A DNA stretch of 64,000 nt from Stegostoma tigrinum. Taxonomy: Eukaryota. Below are positions 23,571 through 37,719 of the stretch, piece by piece. The position numbers were made by a program, and so were the translations under genes. The notes below the pieces were generated by a model that worked only from the letters and a program-made list of their open reading frames with translations, was not told the origin of the DNA and did no database searches. The stretch lies in NCBI RefSeq assembly GCF_030684315.1, contig NC_081365.1, positions 24,616,062 through 24,680,061 on the forward strand. Direction: 5' to 3'. Position 1 is the stretch's first letter. Each line of letters opens with the position of its first letter.

Positions 23571-26434
23571 GTTTACCCAGTCTACAGTTTTCTGTAGTTT
23601 CCTTTTGTCATCTTCACAACTTACTTTCTCACCTGCCTTTGTATCATCAACAACTTCAGTTTCCACTCCTTCATGTAAATCATTTATATAAATTGTAATC
23701 AGTTGACGTTCAGGCTCAATGATTCCAATGATTCTTGTGATACACCACCCTTTACATTTTGCCAACCTGAAAATGACTATTCTATGCTCAGACCCTGCTT
23801 CTTGTTTCTCAGCCAACTTTCTATCCATGCCCAAGTGTTACCTCCTACACCATGAGCTTTTCCCAATAATCTTTTATGCGGCCTTCTGGAAATCTAAGTA
23901 CGGTACATTTATCAATTCCCCTTTATCCACAGCACGTTACATCCTCAAAGAACTACAACACATGAAATGCCCAGAATCCCCTATGGCTACACCATCTTTA
24001 AAAATCCTGTCTGTACCTGAATGAGCACTGCCATTTTGAAACTGCCCTGCTTGGCCAAGGTCAGAATCTGAAGATATCAGAGTAAGGGAGGATGGCACTG
24101 TGATTTTCTCATGGGATCTGGAAGTCCTGGTGGATGGCATAATCTGGAAGAGAGGAGATGATCAGCAGAGGAGGCCATGACATAGGACCCTCCAACAATT
24201 GGTCAAGCATGATTTTTCTTTCACAAAACTATGTTGATGCTGCCTGATTACCTTGGATGTATCCAACTGGCCTGTTAAAACTTATTTAATAATAGCTTCT
24301 AACATTTTCACTACTACAGATGTTAAGCTAGCTATTCTGTCATCTCCTACTTTATGTCTGGCTCCCTTTTTAAATAAAGGGCAACTTTAACTATCTTTCA
24401 ATATAATGATATAATGATACCACCCCTGAATCAAGAGAGGTGTAGAAAATCTATCATCAATTATCAACTGAGAGTATCAATTATTTCAGTAGCCATTTTT
24501 ATCAAGGGCCTAGGATGGAGATCATCACGACATGGATGTTTGTCAGCCCAAAGCTTAAATCTCCTGAGATCCTTCCCTCCATTCCATTTTTATCACTGCT
24601 CTGGGATATTATTTCTATCTTCTATAATGAAAACTGATGCAGAATTCTTGTTGAATTCAACCATCATTTCCTTATGCTCCATTACTATTTCTCTAATCTC
24701 ACTTCTTCTAGAATGAACACTCTATTAACTTGTTAAATAAAAACAATATATGATGGATCCTGGTAATCTGAAACAAACACAGAGAATGTTGGACAAATTC
24801 AGTAGGTCTGGCAGCATTTGTGAAGATTGGGAGAGAATCAGAGGTGACGTTTTGAGTCTGATATGGCTCTTCTTGAGAATTGATGTGGAGACAAACAGGT
24901 AGTTGCATGATATGCTGCTGTGTTGCAGCTCCTGGGTGATGAGGGCCATTATGTCCCTGATACCTACCTGTTGCTGCTGCTCCTCCCGTGCATTTGTTTG
25001 ATGCTCCTGATTGTTGACATCACAGGGTCATCTCCTTCCACGAGCTGAGCTGGTGCCTGATCTCCATCAATCCTCAGTGTGTCAGCAGCTCAGGGCCATT
25101 TCTTTCTTTGTTCACTGATGGCCATTCCTCTAGAGCCTGGTGATGGCGTTGACACAGGTGGTGACCTCAAATGAGGCTGGCAGACTCTCACTGCATGGCC
25201 TCTTTGTCTGATCATCTGGGAAACAGACAGCTCTCTTCATTCTGACAGATCCCTGTCAGAAAATTACGGTGCTATCCTTCACTTCCTTGATTTCTTCAGA
25301 CTGTCCTTGACTGAGCAGGGCAGCTTCAGAATCCATCCATCAGTGTCCATCCAGGTACACAGCAGCCTTTTAAAGATGGTGTAGCCATAGGCGATGCTAG
25401 CGTTTTGGCACATGCCTGCTGAGTCATGAATTGTTTTGGGAATGGCACGTACTTGGATGGGATAGAAATTTGATGTACGAGACAGCATGGGACATGGTAC
25501 ATAATTAAAGTGGCGATTTAATAAGATAAGGCAAGAAAGCGCGCTAGCCCACATGGCAAAAAAAAAACCCTTCAAGAACTTTGATGCTACTTGGCCTAAG
25601 CCAAAAACATATTGGATTCATCCCATAATGCTGATTATCGTTTGAAGAGTTTTGTAAACATTTTGGAAGTTAAAATTGGCCAAGGAGCGCAAACGAACAC
25701 AATCCTACTTGAGTAAGAGAATATTAGCTGCAGTGTCTCATGGGTTGCAGAATTGATATTGAGTGAAGGTAGCAGAAATGGAAAGTTGGACACAGAGGGA
25801 AGAAAAGGTGAAAGACTCTCATTAAAGTTTAGAACCGCTTTCTGTATTTAGTGTACACATCTCCCTGCTCCCTACTCACTCAGCCAATGTGCAGAATGCA
25901 TGAGTTTTACCAAAGAGGTGTTGACTAAGCTGTGCCAATGTCTGCAACAGCATAGAATAACAGCACAGTGTGACCAGTGGCTGTCACCATGTCCAGGCCC
26001 TTAAGATCCAACCAAGTGGCAGCAGAATACATTAGCAACATCTTACCTTCCATTTCTCTTTCAGGGAGGTGATAGCGGTTCTATGTACGAGAAGGGTATT
26101 CACAATCTTCTCACTGGCTGGAAGAGTGACCACATGGATTTGTGGATCCCCGTGTTAAAAGGGAAATGTTTTGTGATGCAAGAGCCAGCAAGGCATAGGG
26201 ACCAGTTGGTGTGCAGCTATGATCAGAAGTTGTGATTGGAAATTTCTGCTAACCTGACAGTACCCTCTACAAATTTGTCCTGTGTCAGATGGTCATGCCT
26301 GCCAAAGATCTTCATGAAGATTCATAGTTTGGATGCCAGATGAGAAGAACTACTTACTCCATACATGGGTTATGACTTCCCTCTGCCACCCAGCCACACA
26401 ATTTGCCTATAATGAATGATGCAAAGCAGAAGAT

Positions 26435-26670
26435 CGTGGTGTAGTGATAATGTCACTTGACTAGTAATCAAAAGGCCTAGACTAATTTGTGGGAGCATGG
26501 GTTTGAATCTCACCACAGCTATTGGTGGAATTTAAATTCAATTAATAAATCTAGAGTTTAGAGCTTGTCTCAGTGATCATGAAACTTTCACCAATTGTTG
26601 TAAAACCCCCTCTAGATTCCTAATGTGCCTTAGGGATGACACCTGCCATAGTTGACCTCCAGTGACTCCT
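26435..26670 (+). mobile_element. tRNA-headed SINE, same group as 20365-20695
   Basis: gtggtgtagtg A-box-like and gggtttgaatct B-box-like motifs; body similar to the reverse complement of the 20365 copy. Confidence 0.55.
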
Positions 26671-27072
26671 TTAAAGACAGTTTTAAAAAGTTTTTGATTC
26701 TGGACTGAAATAGAAAAATGACTGGGTTAAAAGCCAAGGATTGCTGCATTTCTTAAAAGTAAGTAACCTGACACTGCAAGCGCTGTTCGGTGGTGAGCTT
26801 CTTGAATGTTGCTGAAGCTGCATTCATCCCGATAAGAATATTGCATCACACTCCTGAAATGTGCTTTGAAAATGGTGTACAGGCAATGAACAGACAGGCA
26901 GTGAGTTATTTGTTTCAGAATACCTAACCTTTGACCTGTCCTTGCTATTTGATTCCATGAACCGCTGAGGTCTTTTCCACTGGCAATACTTGAGTTGTTA
27001 ACTGTTCGCTTGAGATTGAGTGATGGATTGGCTGTTCAAGCAGAAACTCATGGGTATCTGAAAACAGACATA

Positions 27073-27775
27073 TATGGAAAATAAAATGTGAAACTTGACA
27101 AGGCGTTACACAAGATCACCTCAATTAAACAGCTATATATTAATAAAAGTATAATACAACCATAGGGGGTTAGAACGGGGAACAAGAGCTAATAAATCAG
27201 TTCAACACAATTGACTGTATTAAATAAACACAGGACAACTGAATTTGATCAATTAGTCAGGCAGACTAACTCTAGTTTAGTCAAGTAGTCTAATTAAAAC
27301 CAGACACTCATATCAGCATGTTTAAGAATAAATGTAGATAAGCAAATACTAGTATGAGGTAATTGAGACCACTTAGGGATTTAAAACCATTGCGGCAAGA
27401 TAGCAGCAGACATCTAATTTTAATAGAATAAATTAGAGATAACTCTGAAGTAGAAAAAACCATTGTGGCAGAAATAGAGATGCATAATCATTATGCTATG
27501 AATTAAGTAGAGGAAGAAAAAACCATAGTGGCGGAGGTGGAAAGATAACAGGACTAACATCATTGGGTTACTGAGAGATAACCCTGGCTAACACAGTTGC
27601 ATGTGCTGATAAGCCAGACAAGAAATGTGAGAACAAAAAGGTATAAGAACGGTAAGCCCGAGTAGCTCAGGGGGCATTCTTGAAGGATACTTCCGGACTG
27701 TCACGGCTTTTATTTGCAAATAAAAGTTTATTTTCTTGGGGAACTCTCTGCGTCTCCAGGTGTTTTTCTACCACA
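27073..27775 (+). mobile_element. Probable solo LTR
   Basis: Ends TATGGAAAA...TTTCTACCACA (imperfect inverted termini, left TG mutated). Flanked by CATA at 27069-27072 and 27776-27779. TATAA at 27642 and AATAAA at 27719. Internal repeats of aaaaccatwgyggc. Confidence 0.55.
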
Positions 27776-30700
27776 CATACAAAAGTTGAAGGTTAGCATG
27801 AGGGTATAGGGGTTTGGGTGGGAAACAACTCAGCACATTGTTTCCAATGTGGGATGGGGATGAAGTGGAATTTGGGAAGGGATGGATGATAGGATAGGTT
27901 TTCAGGGTCGCTGGATGCAATAGCCTCAGTCGCAGCTGCTCAACAATATAGGGAATCATCTTGTCCAAAAAGCTCAGGAAAGCAGGGAATGCCGATTCAC
28001 CACCACTTCTTATGGTTACAGACCAACCCATCATGGAAGACAGAGGAAAGAATGTCAGTGATTATGTTGCAATATGTTTGCTTTATGTATCTGCTATGAC
28101 TGAACAGCTGAGTGAATGTAGAAGCACCATTATGTAGGTGAGGGGCTGGCAGCAACCTATGATGAATTTATGCCTCTGAATATCAGGCAGTGATTGGGGT
28201 ACGACCAGTTGAGATAAGAGATATTGTTTGGCAATGCATCCACTGACTCTGACCACCGCTATGAGGTCATTGAGCTTTTTCATGGACTACAGTCAAGTCT
28301 GCAGGGTCAGTTTGGGAATTGAATCACTTAGCTACATGATCCCAGTCTGTGCCTTGACAGTCTCTTGGATCCCAGTGGAAACTTGAGTTTTTTTGTTTTT
28401 TTTTATTTTTTCATTAACAGGATGAAGGCTTTACTGGCTGGTCTGCATTTATTGCCGATCCCTAATTGCTCAGAGGGCAGTTCAGAGTCAATCAATTTCT
28501 CTTCCTTTCCACCGAAGGCCTAGAGTTCAGTATCCAAACACCTGGGTGCTCTGTCTCTTACCTGTTATTCCATTTTTTTTGTCCTGAGACTATGGCAGTA
28601 CTCAATATTAGGTCTAATTCTTCGCCATTGCTCATTGTTTTGGTTATATGATTCTATATGCTACTGACTTTTTAATTGCTGCACTGCTTTAGTGGCATTT
28701 GTTGAGCTTCTCGCCAACTAAGACTCCTAGATCTCTTTCAGCTTCATATACTTCGTAATCTTTGATGTAGGCTCACACCCACAGCACTACCCTGTCATTT
28801 ATTCTTTAAGGTGTTGATCAAACTGCTGAGTTCTTCAAAAAGTTTTTGTTAAAGTCTTAAAGTGCATGAAACTACAAATTAGAGCTAGTAATAATAGTGA
28901 ATGACTGGTTAATGTATTTGAATAACACTATTGCATGGTGTTAACCATTTAAAACAAACCAATTATTATCTGCACAAAACGGCAGACAGGAATGCTATAT
29001 GAACATATTAATTATTCACCCATTATTAACATCAACAGTAACTTTTAGTTGATATTACTCTTCAGAGGCTGTCAAGAGTTCATTTCCATGTTCTCAAAAT
29101 AGAGGTCATTAAGGAATGAAACCAAAAAAACTGGTTTGTAAGAACATGTTTCAGGGAGACAAATTTCATGGTCAGGTGGACGTGATGGATTGCCTGCAGT
29201 TGGTGGTTGTAATCTGTTATATTTTGTATGGTACAGTGCACAATACATGTTCACAACATTTTATCATTACCTCTCGGTGGGTTCACGGCAGATGGAATAA
29301 AATCTGCACTGGAGGAAGGCCTAATCTAATATCTGTGGAGGGCATACAGGGCAGCTTAACCTCAAATATAATCAGGAAATGGACAAACATAGGTCTCCGT
29401 TTATATATTGCCTCTAAATGTAACAAAACACTTCAATGTAAAGTACTACTAACAACAATTTAAAGCAAAATCTGACTCCAAACTACAGTCAGAGAAATTA
29501 AGGCAACAAAGTTTTAAAGAACACATTAAAAGAGGAAAGGGAACTAGAGAGGTGAAGAAGTTTAAGTCAAGAGTTCTAGTGCTTTGGACATAGGCAGTTG
29601 ATGGAATAACTATCAATGGTGAAATAATTCCAATCAAGGATGTTGACGAGTACAAATATTATGACCACAGATATTTTTGGAGGGGCTGGGACCAGAGCAG
29701 ATTACAGAGAGAGGAATGGGCAAACCCAAGAATAGACCGGAAGGCAATGCTGAAAATGTTACAATTGTCTAACCAGGCGAAAGTGAGCACAGAAGTGTTG
29801 GGTGAATGGCTCTTGGTGGGGTCAAGAACAAGGGCAGTGGAGTTTGAATGGGCGCAAGTTTATGGAAGCTAGAGGTCTTGTCATTTGTCTTCACATAATG
29901 GTGACAAATGACAAGCGTTAGCTGAAAGTATTGATTTGGATAATCACAAACTAATAGAAATAATGGAACACTTTTTTTCTAGTTCAAAGAATTGTGTGGA
30001 GATCTCAAGATGGCTCCTTGGATATCATCAGTAATTTTCAGTGTTTTGGTGAATCCAACCACTTAAAATATATTCACTATTCCACATGCCATTATTCAGT
30101 TCAGTTGTAAAAACGCTGAACAAGTTTGTCCTGCTGAACAATATTTCAGTGATTTGTTTGATCTACTTGTGTACTAAAATGTGGCTGAGATTGCAGATGG
30201 GTCCTATGGAGACAAGAAAACACTGTGCAGTATTGACCTTACCTGTCACTTATTGTGCTTTCACTGTAATTGAGGATAAACGCAGGTCTGTTTGCATAAG
30301 ATGGCACAGCTCTACATAGCTACCTCCCAACTAAACCTTAGCCTCCAAGTATAATGCTCCTCAAACATTTCAGGTAGTTCTTCCTGTGTCTACTAAGATG
30401 AGCTTGAGGTTATGAAAGATGTAAGCATGCACATGTATTCCAATGTGACTTTCCTATCTTTTTCACCTAGAAAATTGAGAAATGGATTACACACAAGCAC
30501 AAGTCTTTTAAAAAGTGCAAACAATTACTTATTAACAACTTGTAAGAATCCAGATTTAAGAAATCTCATCTCATCCACATCAGGTTAGCAGTCAACATTT
30601 TGCTCTTGTTTCATTAGAAATGCTGTGAATGTCTAAATGATTTACAGAGGGTGGTTTGCCTGTAGAATAAACTTCTGTGGAAGTGGTAGCTGTGTGTACA

Positions 30701-31941
30701 ATTACATTTCAAAGACATTTGGATAAGTACATGAATAGGAATGGTTTGAAGAGATATGGGGAGGCATTAAGTTTAGTTTGGGATTATGTTTAGCAATGGA
30801 CTGGTTGGACTGAATGATCTGTTTCTGTGCTGTATGAATCTGTAATCTGTAATATAAATGCTGAAATCTTGCACGTTTGTCTATGTGGGTTATGACTTCA
30901 GGGTAACTGCAGGAATCTTTAATGAACAACAGGTACCACTATATTATTGGCGCACTGCTGGAGCAAGGGCCTGGTGACTTCATCAGTATCCCAATTCACC
31001 ATCCTGCTCACCTACTGTACTTGAGTAAATCTATTTCAATCAACTGGAATTTTTACACTAATGACCTTAAACAACCCATCCAATTTATTTTACCATTATT
31101 AAGTATGAATTCATTAACAAATTGTTAAACTCAGCCAAGAAACCATGGGGCACACAGCAAGTTAATGGACAATGTAATATCCAAGGAAAGTAATGGGGCC
31201 TACATATTATTACTGTTGATCAGGTGACACACTTAAACATGGAAGTTAATGCCTAGGAGTTGAAAAATATTAAAATCGTAGTACTCATCAGTATTCAGTT
31301 TAAGGATACATTTCATGTGAGTAATCACAACTCTGCTCAAAAACAACCAGAATAAAGGGGCTACTTTAACACAAAGTGCAATAAATATACATTTTGTGCC
31401 TTTGTGTCAGAAAGTATGCCAGCTTTCCTTGAATGTAAAAAGCCTGAAGATATTTTGCTGAATTTAACCACAATGCTATGCACAAGACAATTACATGGAC
31501 CTTAGCACAGCAGTGTCATTTTAAGCAGCACGCCCAACAATCTGTGTTTTTGAAACAGTTTATTTTTGTAAGGCAATTTTAATGAAACCATCCTGTTTTC
31601 ATACATAGAGTTTTATCATCAAGCTACACAGGCTGGTAATAGATGATATGGAACAGAAGAATGGCAAGAGTGCAAAAATAAGGGTTTAACTTGCTCAAGG
31701 TTATTCTCGTTTCAAAACCTGAAGGACATAACTTGAAGATAAGTGTGATGTGTTTATTGCCACCCAGATATATAAATTTAAAATATTGAAACTGAGCAAT
31801 AACCGATTCTCCCTTCTACATGAAAGTTAGTGCAAACACCTTAAATGGCTAAATGAGTTCAACACACAAGCACTTAACATTAGAGAATAAACATAGTTTC
31901 ATGTTTATGCAATATGGAGAAGAAGCTTATATATTGAGAAT

Positions 31942-34900
31942 TCCAAGATAATAAAATGTGAGGCTGGATGAACACAGCACGCCAAGCAGCATCTCAGGAG
32001 CACAAAAGCTGACGTTTCGGGCCTAGACCCTTCATCAGAGAGGGGGATGGGGAGAGGGAACTGGAATAAATAGGGAGAGAGGGGGAGGCGGAGCAAAGAT
32101 GGAGAGTAAAGAAGATAGGTGGAGAGAGTAAGGGTGGGGAGGTAGGGAGGGGATAGGTCAGTCCAGGGAAGACGGACAGGTCAAGGAGGTGGGATGAGGT
32201 TAGTAGGTAGATGGGGGTGCGGCTTGGGGTGAGAGGAAGGGATGGGTGAGAGGAAGAACAGGTTAGGGAGGCAGAGACAGGTTGGACTGGTTTTGGGATG
32301 CAGTGGGTGGGGGGGAAGAGCTGGGCTGGTTGTGTGGTGCAGTGGGGGGAGGGGATGAACTGGGCTGGTTTAGGGATGCAGTAGGGGAAGGGGAGATTTT
32401 GAAACTGGTGAAGTCCACATTGATACCATTAGGCTGCAGGGTTCCCAGGCGGAATATGAGTTGCTGTTCCTGCAACCTTCGGGTGGCATCATTGTGGCAC
32501 TGCAGGGGCCCATGATGGACATGTCATCTAAAGAATGAGAGGGGGAGTGGAAATGGTTTGCGACTGGGAGGTGCAGTTGTTTGTTGCGAACTGAGCGGAG
32601 GTGTTCTGCAAAGCGGTCTCCAAGCCTCCGCTTGGTTTCCCCAATGTAGAGGAAGCCACACCGGGTACAGTGGATGCAGTATACCACATTGGCAGATGTG
32701 CAGGTGATCCTCTGCTTAATGTGGAATGTCATCTTGGGGCCTGGGATAGGGGTGAGGGAGGAGGTGTGGGGACAAGTGTAGCATTTCCTGCGGTTGCAGG
32801 GGAAGGTGCCGGGTGTGGTGGGGTTGGAGGGCAGTGAGGAGCGAACAAGGGAGTCACGGAGAGAGTGGTCTCTCCGGAGAGCAGACAGGGGTGGGGATGG
32901 AAAAATGTCTTGGGTGGTGGGGTCGGATTGTAAATGGCGGAAGTGTCAGAGGATGATGCGTTGTATCCGGAGGTTGGTAGGGTGGTGTGTGAGAACGAGG
33001 GGAATCCTCTTTGGGCGGTTGTGGCGGGGGCAGGGTGTGAGGGATGTGTTGCCGGAAATACGGGAGACGCGGTCAAGGGCGTTCTCGATCACTGTGGGGG
33101 GAAAGTTGCGGTCCTTGAACATCTGGGATGTGTGGGAGTGGAATGTCTTATCGTGGGAGCAGATGCGGTGGAGGCGGAGGAATTGGGAATAGGGGATGGA
33201 ATTTTTGCAGGAGGGTGGGTGGGAGGAGGTGTATCCTAGGTAGCTGTGGGAGTGGGTGGGCTTGAAATGGACATCAGTTACAAGCTGGTTGCCTGAGATG
33301 GAGACTGAGAGGTCCAGAAAGGTGAGGGATGTGCTGGAGGGTGGAAGGTGTTGGTGAAGTGGATGAACTGTTCGAGCTCCTCTGGGGAGCAAGAGGCGGC
33401 GCCGATACAGTCATCAATGTACCGGAGGAAGAGGTGGGGTTTGGGGCCTGTGTAGGTGCGGAAGAGGGACTGTTCCATGTAACCTACAAAGAGGCAGGCA
33501 TAGCTGGGGCCCATGCGTGGAACAGTCCCTCTTCCGCACCTACACAGGCCCCAAACCCGACCTCTTCCTCCGGTACATTGATGACTGTATCGGCGCTGCC
33601 TCTTGCTCCCCAGAGGAGCTCGAACAGTTCATCCACTTCACCAACACCTTCCACCCCAACCTTCAGTTCACCTGGGCCATCTCCAGCACATCCCTCACCT
33701 TCCTGGACCTCTCAGTCTCCATCTCAGGCAACCAGCTTGTAACTGATGTCCATTTCAAGCCCACCGACTCCCACAGCTACCTAGAATACCCCTCCTCCCA
33801 CCCACCCTCCTGCAAAAATTCCATCCCCTGTTCCCAATTCCTCCGCCTCCGCCGCATCTGCTCCCACGATAAGACATTCCACTCCCGCACATCCCAGATG
33901 TCCAAGTTCTTCAAGGACCGCAACTTTCCCCCCACAGTGATCGAGAACGCCCTTGACCGCGTCTCCCGTATTTCCGGCAACACATCCCTCACACCCTGCC
34001 CCCGCCACAACCGCCCAAAGAGGATTCCCCTCGTTCTCACACACCACCCTAACAACCTCCGGATACAACGCATCATCCTCCGACACTTCCGCCAGTTACA
34101 ATCTGACCCCACCACCCAAGACATTTTTCCATCCCCACCCCTGTCTGCTTTCCGGAGAGACCACTCTCTCCGTGACTCCCTTGTTCGCTTCACACTGCCC
34201 TCCAACCCCACCACACCCGGCACCTTCCCCTGCAACCGCAGGAAATGCTACACTTGCCCCCACACCTCCTCCCTCACCCCTATCCCAGGCCCCAAGATGA
34301 CATTCCACATTAAGCAGAGTTTCACCTGCACATCTGCCAATGTGGTATACTGCATCCACTGTACCCGGTGTGGCTTCCTCTACATTGGGGAAACCAAGCG
34401 GAGGCTTGGAGACCGCTTTGCAGAACACCTCCGCTCAGTTCGCAACAAACAACTGCACCTCCCAGTCGCAAACCATTTCCACTCCCCCTCCCATTCTTTA
34501 GATGACATGTCCATCATGGGCCTCCTGCAGTGCCACAATGATGCCACCCGAAGTTTGCAGGAACAGCAACTCATATTCCGCTTGGGAACCCTGCAGCCTA
34601 ATGGTATCAATGTGGACTTCACCAGTTTCAAAATCTCCCCTTCCCCAACTGCATCCCTAAACCAGCCCAGTTCGTCCCCTCCCCCCACTGCACCACACAA
34701 CCAGCCCAGCTCTTCCCCCCCACCCACTGCATCCCAAAACCAGTCCAACCTGTCTCTGCCTCCCTAACCTGTTCTTCCTCTCACCCATCCCTTCCTCCCA
34801 CCCCAAGCCGCACCCCCATCTACCTACTAACCTCATCCCACCTCCTTGACCTGTCCGTCTTCCCTGGACTGACCTATCCCCTCCCTACCTATACTCTCTC

Positions 34901-35104
34901 CACCTATCTTCTTTACTCTCCATCTTCGGTCCGCCTCCCCCTCTCTCCCTATTTATTCCAGTTCCCTCTCCCCATCCCCCTCTCTGATGAAGGGTCTAGG
35001 CCCGAAACGTCAGCTTTTGTGCTCCTGAGATGCTGCTTGTTCATCCAGCCTCACATTTTATTATCTTGGAATTCTCCAGCATCTGCAGTTCCCATTATCT
35101 CTGA
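31942..35104. mobile_element. PLE family A 3.2-kb tail-out inverted insertion (minus arm to ~33517, plus arm from ~33516)
   Basis: RT motifs MGPSYACLFVG and FLRYIDD plus GIY-YIG on opposite arms. 14-bp TSD TATATATTGAGAAT at 31928-31941 and 35105-35118. Confidence 0.95.
33517..34767 (+). pseudogene. 5'-truncated but uninterrupted PLE ORF (416 aa: RT YIDD, thumb, Cys/His linker, GIY-YIG, Pro/Ser tail)
   Basis: Open frame with FLRYIDD, KPTDSHSYL..SSHP, CNRRKCYTC and VVYCIHCTRCGFLYIGET. No native start; the frame begins at the inversion join. Confidence 0.88.
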
Positions 35105-37384
35105 TATATATTGAGAATGTTGTGTTTTTCATTCATATGCATATAATCTACAAATACTCTCGAGTTTGAAAGTGTACATTTTCAGCAGGGAGACAATCCT
35201 CAGTACAGACCTAAAATGAGTGGAGTTCACAAAAGAAGTTGCCTGACTGAAACTACGGCTGTTTAATTTCAGATGTTGTATCGCGTCTTACAAGATCTAT
35301 CACTGAACATCAGTCCTCCAGCATATAGAATGTTCAAATAAAATGCATCCTTAATATAAAATAGTGGTTTATGCTCATTGCCTCTGCTGAATCATAAGGT
35401 CTTAATATATTTTATCAATTAGTACTTCCCAAACTGCATTTTGGTTAATACGTTTTGTACAAAACACAATTATCTTCAAATGCTTTTAATTCACTCGCAG
35501 GATGTGGATGTTGTTGATAATGCTAGTATTTATTGTTCACCTCCAATTACCCTTAAGAAAATAGAATTGAGCTGTCTTCTTTAATATAATTGACTGCCAT
35601 TGCAGAAAACAGTTAAGAGTCAACCGCAAAGCTGTGGGTTGGAAGTTATATATAGACCAGAGCAGGTAAGGCTGGCAAAGCAGTAGTAAAGCAAATAAGA
35701 TTTTAACAACAGTCTGATAGTTTTATTCTCCCTGTTATTATTAGTAGATACTCACGCCACATATATTTAATTAAATTCCCAAGTGCCATGGCAGATTCAA
35801 ACTGCCTCCAGATTATTAGGCTGGTCCTTTCCCAGGCTAGTCCAATAACCAATATGTGGTTATACCTACCTGCAAGAGACAGAAACTTTTCAACATGCAA
35901 TTATAATCAATTAGATGTTGTGTAGGCAAATGCATCTATTCTGCACACAGTATGATCTTCCAAACTAGAATAAGTGAATGAATGAACATTTTGTCTGAGC
36001 TGTGGAAGGAATGTTTTCTATGACACTAAACAAAATTCCTTGTTTTTCAAATGAGACCATGAGGTCTGAAACATTCACATGAAAATAGTGAGCCTTGCCT
36101 TGGAATTAAGGATAGCACCTTCAACAGTACAGCAGTCCTTTCATTATGGTGCTCGAAAGCACTGAACCTGCAAACTGCTGATTCAGAGGTGTTAACAGCT
36201 GAGTGAAGCTGACTCTTCATAAGTATTGTCTTCTCTTTCAAAAAGGTCAGGCTGGATTTTAATTCCATGCAGGTGGATGTGCTTTGAATGTGTAAAAATC
36301 TTGACTGTAATTCTGTAGACAATGCACACCTCCCCACCAAATCAGAAAAGCAGAAACAGAAAGCTACAAAGAATCATATGAAAACATGGCCTTAGATGGT
36401 TGAGGGTTTTGAAAAAGGATCCAGCACTGCTAGAACTGACTGAAGTACGGTGGTTCAGAAAAAAGCTCCCAATATGATGAAATGTATTGCACCTCTCACT
36501 TTTGCCAAAAGTAAATGATACAGTAACACTCTCATCACAGAAATGTGATTTTTCCGTATCCACAGATAATAGCATTCAGCACCTTTAGAAAATATATCAG
36601 AATAATTGGAGGACGTCACTTACACAGATACTGACAATGAAGTGTGACTTGGATGGTGTTACAGTTCTCAGGGAATCCCAGTTGCTGTGGCAACGTGCAC
36701 TTTCCTATGTGTTTGTTGTCTGGAGGTATCAGACTTAAACAATCTTTCTATCTCTTTCCAGAGATTTCTCCCAAGCTTGTCATTAGCATTTCTGGGAAGA
36801 GTTTGCAAGTTAATATTGAGCCTGTTTTGCTGTGTTATGAACACATCCTTGACCATCAAGCTCTGGAGTGAGTCTTGAATTTAGAGGTTCTGGCACAGAG
36901 GCAGGAACACTATCCGTGCACCACTTTACATGGAAACAAATATTTAATCCAATGAGATGTAGAATTAGCTTTTGGTCAGTGTGACCTATTAATAAGAGTT
37001 GGAAGCAAGTAGCATTAGGATGAAATGACTTTAAAGAAAGGTGAGTATGAGATCTGTGGAGATTGAGAACTAAAGAGCTAAATAGAACTAAATAGAAAAA
37101 ATGTAGAATAAACAGCTTAAAACAAAATGGGACTTAAGTAGAGTTAAGCAGAAGAAAAAGAGTTAACAAGTTAAGGATAGGAAAAGAAATGAAGGAGGGG
37201 ATGGGGAAAGAGAAATTAGGGCTGAAAATTAGAGAAAATGTTGAAACAAACACACTGTAAGGATTCAATGAAAAAAGAGTGATAGCGAGAGAACCAAGGA
37301 AGAGTCTCAGAGGTGACAGCCAGGAACTGCAAAACATCAGGAGGACAGGGAACACCAAATTGGAGGAGAGAAAGCAAGAGTGAA

Positions 37385-37524
37385 AACAGGCCGACGTGAC
37401 AGTCTGCAGATGCTCTAAGTCTGACATTAAAACAGAAGGCGTTGGAGAGGCTTAGTAGACCCTGCAGCATCTGTGGAGAGAGAAACAGGGTCGACGCTTC
37501 GAGTTCAATGTGACTCTCCTTCAG
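37385..37524 (-). mobile_element. Old PLE-type terminal fragment with decayed hammerhead motif
   Basis: Minus strand CTGAAGGA-GAGTC..GAACTC-GAAGCGTC, followed by ctccacagatgctgcag. Similar fragments at ~24760-24877, ~40170-40259 and ~560-620. Confidence 0.6.
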
Positions 37525-37719
37525 TTAAAGCATAAAAAGGTGATGGAAGGACAAAACGCTGGAGGAAAGGTATAACCTATTCCTGTTCCTCAAACTTGGA
37601 GATGCATCAGCCAAACGGATCCATCAAATCAGCAGGACAACGGAAGAGAAAACAGGAGGAAAACTAGATGAAAAATAAAACGACTTTAAAAGAAGCAGAT
37701 GAGACTCTGAAACTATAAG

